A DNA stretch of 64,000 nucleotides from positions 124,001 through 188,000 of the forward strand of contig OZ025685.1 in the NCBI GenBank assembly GCA_964019335.1. The letters run 5' to 3'. The position numbers and the translations under genes are program-made. The stretch's first letter is position 1. The number at the start of each line of letters is the position of its first letter. The DNA is from Diplonema japonicum (lineage: Eukaryota > Protista > Euglenozoa: Diplonemea). A model generated the notes under the pieces. It was not told where the DNA came from. It saw nothing but the letters and a program-made list of their open reading frames with translations, and did no database searches. Shown in pieces: positions 56,303-64,000 of the stretch.

Positions 56303-56974
56303 ATTTTCCCTGACATTCATATCTCAAGTGTTTTGAGCACAAAAGTGAAGAATTCTAAAAAAAAAAAAAAATAAATAAAAGAGGTCCACTGCAGAACATT
56401 GTCCCTCCGAACACCTTGCAAAGGTCGGTTCTTTTTTCTTCTTTTTTTTCTCTTTTTTTTCCTTTCTTCAAAGGAGATATGAGTTGTAATAGAGGGAAGT
56501 CAAAAATACAGTAAAAATGGGGGGGGTAGGGGAGGGTGTGGTAGAAAGCAAAAAAAAAAAAGAAAAAGAAAACAAAGAAGAATTTCACCCCGTTGAATAG
56601 TTTACAACAAAATGAGCAACAGAAAAGAAGAAGAATGAAAAAAAAAAAGAAAGAGAAAGAAAAAGAAGAAGAGAAAAAAAAAAAAGAAACACAATCTATC
56701 TATTGCCCAACAGCAACAACAGCAAAAAAAAAAAGAAGAAGAAAAAAAAAGAAACTTTGGCCACAATAAATTCACACGCGAGAACTCGTTTTTGTTCGTT
56801 CTTTTTTTTTTTTTTTTTTCTTGCAAGAAAACGAGTCTTTAACTTGTCTAAAAAGGGGGACCGGCAACGTGTTTATGGGTTATAAACTTCTCCAGGTTTT
56901 CTACCCCCCTGACAGTGTACAAGTAAGAATAAAATTTTGAACTGGTGGGTGCACGAAGAGCTTTACAAGAGCTC

Positions 56975-57012
<38 letters not shown>

Positions 57013-57113
57013 CTGTACTTTATTGGTCGCTCCCCGTGGCTGATAAAGTTTCAAAGGAAGTTAACGGGGTCTCTTTACTTCCCCTTTCAACAACAAAGTC
57101 TCAGTCAACTTAA

Positions 57114-58532
57114 AGGCTCGATCGTGAAATGCCTGTGGGTACTGTCAATCCTGGCGCGAGCGCACCGGATGGACCCGTGTGTGCCGTAGTGTACGGTGCT
57201 TTGATGATGCTGAGGAGGTGCTGGCTGAGGCAGGACGGGGCAATGGCAGCATGGACGCAGTTGGCACAGGCGTACGGAACTTCTGGGCAGGTGAGGCCGA
57301 GGGGGGTCGTAGGAAATGTGCTCCTGAGGTGGCTCCCGGCGATCGGGTGGAAATGGGAATGGCTGGCAAGCTGGCACAGAGGAGCGAATCCTGGGCACGA
57401 CCTCAGGGAGGCTCTGCGGAGGATGAGGACATCGGGTATTGTGAAGGCGCGAAGCACGATGGCCGGGCTTGGGATGGGCGCGGCCCCTGCAACGAACGCT
57501 TACTGGATGAAGTGCAGCGCGCGCAGACCGCTCGAAGCGTGGCGGGTGAGGAGGATAATCGCCGGGGCGGTGCCGTACCTCAGCCCGTATGCGAAACAAG
57601 TTTTACTCTCCCCTCCTGAAGAACCTGATGAGGAGGGAGGTGAAGGGAGCGAGGAAGAAGCCGACCACCTGGGTAGAGGGAGGACGGACAAAGCGGCGGG
57701 TACGCTCAATTGCGATGTTTGTGATGCTGCGAAGGGCAGCACTGTTAGGTTGCTGCGACACCAGCTTTGGGAGTGCGAGGTCGCTTTGGAAGTGCAGAAG
57801 AAGAAGGTATATACCGGTCTGGTCAGGAGCGAAAGGTGGCCGATCTGTTTGGAGCTTCTCCCGAGGAAGGTAGTGTTCCGCGGTTTGGAGAGGCTGCAGA
57901 GGTATTTGGCAGAGGTGGTGAGGCGCAGGGACGATGCTCTGGCGGTGAAGCGGTTCGCGGTTGAGAAGGAACCGCCGTGGATGGTGACGACTCAAGGAAG
58001 GCGTTTCGAGGCGCCAAAGGTTGTGGAACTGTACAAGCTCAAGCTGACCCGGGAGTATGGTGATCAGGTGCTGAGGTGGCTGGCTGCGCTGCGGTGGGCG
58101 GAGGAGGCAACGTCCGTGTCGGCGATCGAGCTGGCGATTGACTTCGAGTGCTACACGAAGAAGACGCTGGGGGTTAACATCAACACGACGATTGGATCAA
58201 GCGGATCCTGGATACGCTGCAAGCGACATGGATGAGGGAGAAGAGGAGACGCGCTTTTCCGGCGCAGTCATGCAAGAACGTGAGATCACTACGATCCATT
58301 GGCCGCGACCACGTCGTTGGCTTTGATAGGAGGGCCCTGTTTGCATCGGGGCTGACGGCGACCAAGCTGAAAGGACTGAGAGAAGATTACCGGAAAGAAA
58401 GGATTGGAAGATATAAACGACAGCTAGACACTACGGTGGGTAGCAGGGAACGACCCCAAAAGGGGAGCATCATAAGGTAGGCACGCCACCGCGGCGGGCC
58501 GTTGCTAACCACTTCGTTCCAATCATAGTGAA
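57114..58532 (+). mobile_element. 5'-truncated, frameshifted non-LTR retrotransposon
   Basis: CDVC...RHQLWEC knuckle and VLRWLAALRW...IELAIDFE; ends at T10. Confidence 0.75.
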
Positions 58533-59358
58533 TTTTTTTTTTCTTTTTCTTTTAAAGTTCGAATGATTACGATATGGCTTTTTTTCAGTGGCGCAAGTAA
58601 CTTTATTTTCACTACGTTATTTTTTTTTTTCTTCTTCCTCTGAGCAGAAGGTGAAATCGCACAACAACAACTATGAGCAACCTTGAGGGTCTGAAGAGCC
58701 AGCACGACAAAGAGGGGCAAGAGGAATAGTTCCTGTATTTGAGTTTTGCAACTGATCTGGTACTTTACGGCCAATACGGTCGGCACTACTTTCGTAGGTC
58801 CTCATGTCATGTGCCAGGGAGGGGAGGGGTGGTCCCCTCTATGGGGTCTATGGTTTTTTTTCACTCCCGTTTCTTTTCTTTTCTTTTTTTTTTTTTTTTC
58901 CTTCCTCTCTCCCATGGAATGGGTGAAGGGAGTAACAGTTCGTTCCCTTCCTTACCCAGTCTTTTTAATACAGCCTTACTTTTTCCATTATTATTTGTGT
59001 CGCCTATATCCCCCGCCCCCTACCCCATGTTTTATTTATTTCTTCCGTTTGGTCTCGATTTTTTCAAGGGGAAAAAAAAAGCTATTTCCTCTTTTTGTGT
59101 ATTCTCTTTTTTGTCTTCTTCTTTGCGTTTCCGTTTTCAACCACATAGGCACTGCAACAACCCGTCACATTTTTTTTGCCTGGAATACAGGTTATAGTCT
59201 TGGTATTCTTCACCCGGAATAGAAGTGGGCGGACCTCACGGCATTTAATTACAAGTCTGAAAAAAAAAAACCCCCCCCGATATTTCTCAAAACTGCTTTT
59301 ACAGCCTTGAATAAGGTTCTATTTTGGGTTTTAGACCGTCGGAGTGGGCTGATTTTTG

Positions 59359-59391
<33 letters not shown>

Positions 59392-59427
59392 AACAAAAAA
59401 AAGGAGAAAAAAAGAGAAAAAAAAAAA

Positions 59428-60861
59428 ATGCGCCCATCAATCTTAAGAGGGGTAAAGCGGTTTGTAAGCGGAGTGAACGCAACAGCGCACAGCGAACCCG
59501 ACAGCTCTGAAGGCGACATCAACCTCAGCAAGAACCGAAACCTGTACATGGAGAGGAACATCGGGCCTGCTACACAAACCCTTCTCGACGAAGACGCAAA
59601 GTACTTCTTGCACCAGACCTTAAGCACACCATGCATGAATGCCTTGGACGAGGTGGAGGGCATCTACCTCAAGGACAAACAGGGCAGGACGATCATGGAC
59701 TTCCACGGTAATTCAGTCCACCAAGTGGGCCACAAAAACAAAGAGGTCATCAAAGCTTTAAAAGAACAACTAGACGACCTGCCATTCTGCCCACGCAGGT
59801 TCACCAATGAAAAAGCTGTGAAACTTGCGAAAAAGCTTGTGGAACTGGGTTCGAACCCGGATGTGAACGATCCTAACGAACAATTATCAAGGGTGTTGCT
59901 TTGTACAGGAGGAACGTCTGGGATAGGTATTGCGTTGAAACTGGCAAGGATCGCAACGGGGCGGCACAAAACGGTCTCGATGTGGGAATCGTTCCACGGT
60001 GCGTCCCTCGACGCCATCAGCGTTGGGGGCGAGGCGGTTTTCCGTAAAAACATCGGCCCGCTGTTGCCTGGCGCGTGCCACGCACCGCCTCCGAACGAAC
60101 AAAACTGCATCTACAACTGCAACGGAAACTGCAATCTATCATGCGCCAAGTATGTCGAATACATCCTTGACCAAGAGGAAGACATCTCCGCAGTCATTGC
60201 AGAGCCCATAAGATGGACACCTTACATCCCCAAGAAAGAGTATTGGGAGATTATCAGAAAAGCATGCGACAAGCACGGTGCAATGTTGATATTCGATGAA
60301 ATTCCGAACTCTCTCGGCCGCACCGGGCAAGGGATGTTTACCTACCAAATGTTCCCCGTCCAACCAGACATCGTTGTGTTAGGAAAAGGTCTCGGAGGCG
60401 GAATCGTTCCCATCTCCGCTGTTCTTGCCAAGGAAAAATTCAACGATTTCGCGAAAAACTGCGCGCTTGGTCATTACACCCACGAAAAGGCTCCTCTTGG
60501 AAGCAGTGCTGCACTTGCAACTATTAAATACATTGAGGACAACAAGCTTGTTGACAATGCGAAGAACGTCGGTTCTTTTGCCTTAAAAGCTCTCAAGCAG
60601 CTCCAGGCAGCGCATCCTCACATAGCGAACGTACGTGGAGCCGGGCTTCTCATTGGTGTTGAACTGGCCGACCCAGTCACCAAGGCACCTTTGAAGGACG
60701 AAGCCGAGAAGGTTCTATACAACTGTTTGGAAAGAGGGCTTTCTTTTAAGGTAACAAGGGGCAACGTATTAACCTTGTGCCCTCCCCTCATCATCACGAA
60801 AGAGCAAATGCAGGAGGCTATTGACATCATTGATGCCTCCCTTTCCGCTGTGGGGATTTGA
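59428..60861 (+). CDS. pbfA: Class-III PLP enzyme, PbfA-like (R)-1-hydroxy-2-aminoethylphosphonate ammonia-lyase, with putative mitochondrial presequence
   Basis: SEGDIN, FLHQTLSTPC, MDFHGNSVHQ.G, LPFCPRRFTN, SFHGASLDAISVGGEA.FR, GHYTHEK and GLSFKVTRGN match bacterial PbfA as I recall it; PLP Lys in LGKGLGGG. Confidence 0.82.
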   Translation: MRPSILRGVKRFVSGVNATAHSEPDSSEGDINLSKNRNLYMERNIGPATQTLLDEDAKYFLHQTLSTPCMNALDEVEGIYLKDKQGRTIMDFHGNSVHQVGHKNKEVIKALKEQLDDLPFCPRRFTNEKAVKLAKKLVELGSNPDVNDPNEQLSRVLLCTGGTSGIGIALKLARIATGRHKTVSMWESFHGASLDAISVGGEAVFRKNIGPLLPGACHAPPPNEQNCIYNCNGNCNLSCAKYVEYILDQEEDISAVIAEPIRWTPYIPKKEYWEIIRKACDKHGAMLIFDEIPNSLGRTGQGMFTYQMFPVQPDIVVLGKGLGGGIVPISAVLAKEKFNDFAKNCALGHYTHEKAPLGSSAALATIKYIEDNKLVDNAKNVGSFALKALKQLQAAHPHIANVRGAGLLIGVELADPVTKAPLKDEAEKVLYNCLERGLSFKVTRGNVLTLCPPLIITKEQMQEAIDIIDASLSAVGI

Positions 60862-61633
60862 GACCCTTTTTTTTCTCCCCCCCCCATAATCTCACATTTT
60901 TTTCCCTTCTTCTTAATAACACAGGATTCCTCTCTTTCCTTCTCCCTCTCTCTCTTTTTTTTTTTTTTCTTTTGTCTCTTTGTTCCTCTTTCTCAAAGCA
61001 TGATCAGTCCGAAACCCGTCACCTGGGAGAAAAGATTTCGTGCGTGTGTCGATCCTGATAAAAAAAAAGGGAAAAAAAGCAAAAGAAGAAGAATAAGAGA
61101 AGAGAAAAAAAAATACATTTGCAGTTTTAAAAAGAAAAAGAAAGAAAGAAAAAACGCTCTATTTCATGTGTTCCCCAGCTTCCTTTAGAGGTTTTTTCTT
61201 CTTCTCCCCCCCCCCCTTTTTTTTAAATTTGTATTTTGTTTCCTTCTCTTCTATTTTTTTTTTTATCGTCTTCTCAGCTTTGTTTCGGTGGCGTTGTTAT
61301 CCCGTCACTCCCCCCACCACCATAGTGAATTGTTCTTTTTCTTTTTTTTTTCTTTTTTGCTTGTTTTATATTTTTTTGGTCAAAAAAGTACTGACTCAAA
61401 AGCTTTTTCTGGGTGATGCAAAAAAAAAGAAGAGGAAGAAAAAAAAAATATATATATAAAACAAACCAAAAAAAAAAAAAAAAAAAAAAAGAATCTTGAT
61501 TAGTTTCCACCGTATTTTTCTACTTCTCTCTTTGCCCTCTTCTTATATAAGGGCCTTTTAACTTTCCCCTCCCTTCTCATGTTCTCTCCACATCCCATTC
61601 ATTTTTTCAAAGGGGGAAAGTCGAAACAAAAAA

Positions 61634-64000
61634 ATGGGCGGTTATGAAGGAGGCAAGAAAGGAAAGGGAGGGAAAGGTGGGAAAGGCGACAAAGGCGGAA
61701 AAGGCGACAAGGGTGGGAAAGGCGGGAAAGGAGGCGCCAAGGGAGGACCGGATGTCGTTGTTCCCCTGAGAGTCACGACAAAGGGAGTGAAATCAGCTGC
61801 GGACACTGTGGTTCAAAGCTTCTCGTTCTGCGAAAGGGCTCCAAAGGTGTCAACCGACAAAAAAGCAGGCAACGTCCAAGAACTGCTTCAAGTGCTCAAC
61901 GATCTGTTGAAAAATCTCCCCCTTTCCGCAGAGGGCAAGGAGGGCACGAAACAAGAGGTCCTCACCAACTCCATAGAGATGGTGTTCGCACCTAACACCA
62001 CTATGTACCAGTACGACGCAAAAGTGACCCCTGAGGTGAAACAGCGAAGGCGCCACATTGCCCTCATAGAGGAGATCATGAAGGACCAGTACCCAGGGGT
62101 GGAGTGTGTCGTGGCCAACGACACAATCTACACCAACCAGGAACTCAGGAACAATGACACTGTGTACAAACCCACCTTGGACTGGGCACAGAAGCTCTCC
62201 ACCGAGTTCAAATTCGTAATGAAGAGGACAACAGAGATCACCACCACCAAGATCACACAGGACGTCATCACCATCTTCTCGAAGATCATGAAGAGCGTGC
62301 TCGACAAGAGCAGCTTCCAAAGGATCGGCCGTGTCTACTACGACATGTCTAGGAAGAGAGAGATCCCTAGGATGAGGAAGTACATCGTCCCTGGTCTGTA
62401 CATGACCCTCAGCCCGGCCCAGACGGCGTCGGGACTCTGCATCATGGTCGATGTTGTGCACAAGGTGATCAGCACGGACACTTGTTTCGAGGAGCTCCAG
62501 CTGTCCGACAGAAAGAACCACAAGACTCTCGAATACAAAGTTAAGGACACGGTATGACAATGCCTGTGCTAACATGCAAATGACAACTCACAGGTCATGA
62601 TGACCACCTACGACGCGAAGGACAAGAAGAAGCGCACTGTGCACATCGACGGTGTCGACACTTCCAAGAACGAGGACACTAAGCTCGATGAGGTATGAAC
62701 AAAAAAAAAAAAAAGAAGAAGGGAAAAAAAAAAAAAAAAACAACACAGTTGAAGGGCATGACCATGAGGCAGTACGTGGAACAGACTTATAAAGAGACGG
62801 TCCCGAAGGGGCAGCCTCTTCTGGTCCACAAAGCACTGAGGAAGAACAAGGAAACCGGTGAAATGGACACCGTGACAGAGTACTACCTTCCGAGCACTCT
62901 GAGGGTGACAGGTCTTGCACCTGAGATCGGCGGGAGGGAAGTTAGGAAAAAGATGACTGAAATGTGCGCGGTGAAGCCCAACGAGAGGTTCAAGCTCATC
63001 AAGGAGATCGCACTGTCCTTCTTGGTCAAATTCAGGCCAGTTGGAGAAAAATGGGGTCTCGCTGCAAAGAAGGGCTTCCTCATTGCCGACTCCAGGAAAC
63101 TGAAAGACCCAACCATCGAGATGGCTCGGGGCTTCCAGAAGACAGGCACCTCGTGGAGGTTCGACGGCAGGACAACTGGCTGCATTGCGGTGGTGGAGCA
63201 GCTTGCCAACGTTCTTGTGGTGGTACCCAAGAGGAGCGAGGGGACATGGAGGGAAACGAAAAGGCTCTTCAACGAGACGCTGTCCAGATTTGCAGGAGGG
63301 AAAACCATCAGCATGAAGGAAGAATTTGTGGATGAATACAACGAGAAAACTGTTGCTAGCGCTATTGAGAAGTGGAAGGGCAAAGCCGACGAGTACCTGT
63401 TCATGGCTGACACATCCGACGAGAGAGTGTACGCGGCAGTGAAGAAGGCCTCACACAGTGCAGGCATCGCCTCACAGGTGGTCTTGAACAGCACACTCAC
63501 AGGCCCTAAAACCAACTCAGTCATCAGCAATGTATCGGCACAGATGCACGTGAAGAGGGGCAACCCCATCTGGAGGGTGAAGGACTGCAACTTCCCCGAC
63601 ACGATGGTGGTGGGAATCGCAACGCACCACCCTGGCGAAGGGTCAGGGAGAGGCATCACGAGCTCTATCATGTCGATCGCTTCCTCGAAAGACAGTGAAA
63701 TGAAGAACTACCACATGGGAAGGGTTGTGCTGCAAGCAGGTGCCACCATCTCGAAGGAACTGCAGGAGCCCTTCAGCTGCGCACTAAAGAAGTACCACGA
63801 TGTCAACAAGTCTTACCCAAAAGAGATTGTGTTCTTGAGGGAAGGCGGCTCCGAAGGTGAAATCCCTCTTATTATGTTGGAGGAGATTGCGAAGATCAAG
63901 AAGTGCCTGAAGGACATGGGTGTCACGGCGAAGGTCACCTTTTTCTTGGTCCTAAGGAACTCGCACCTCAGAATCGCTGCCTTCGAAAAGGTAGAGGTAA
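61634..64000 (+). CDS. Piwi/Argonaute protein, 3'-partial; exons 61634-62551, 62594-62692, 62749->64000
   Basis: N domain (YQYD), PAZ (MTMRQYVEQTY...QPLLV...YYLPS), MID (YAAVKK...ASQVV; AQMHVKRG), PIWI (TMVVGIA; IVFLREG). Confidence 0.92.

Overview
Eukaryotic nuclear DNA, most plausibly a euglenozoan such as a diplonemid (inference only). All ~22 protein genes lie on the + strand, like a directional, polycistronic-type gene cluster. Cis-introns are tiny (mostly 42-68 nt), GT-AG and usually A-rich; spacers are full of homopolymers. Genes: RPS4, HAD-like hydrolase, RWA/Cas1 O-acetyltransferase, Ser/Thr dehydratase, a kinase with a macrodomain-like tail, ZIP zinc transporter, MRI1, coiled-coil/PH protein, p25-alpha, STPG protein, two Thr-rich secreted paralogues, p24, an ESD-ADH5 fusion, SCP phosphatase, a PbfA-like phosphonate lyase, and a predicted slicer-dead Piwi cut by the window end. 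There is also a divergent tRNA-Cys/tRNA-Gly pair. Mobile DNA is dense: two piggyBac relics, several MITEs, four non-LTR 3' fragments ending in poly(T) rather than poly(A), and five copies of a Crypton-like tyrosine-recombinase element family. That family shares an asymmetric end plan: TTTTAT-IR ... IR-ATAAAA, long hairpin, AAATAGCTA; it is my best candidate for an undescribed system. Also notable: 15 of 16 inferred introns are phase 0. All family assignments come from motif recognition by eye; no database searches were run.
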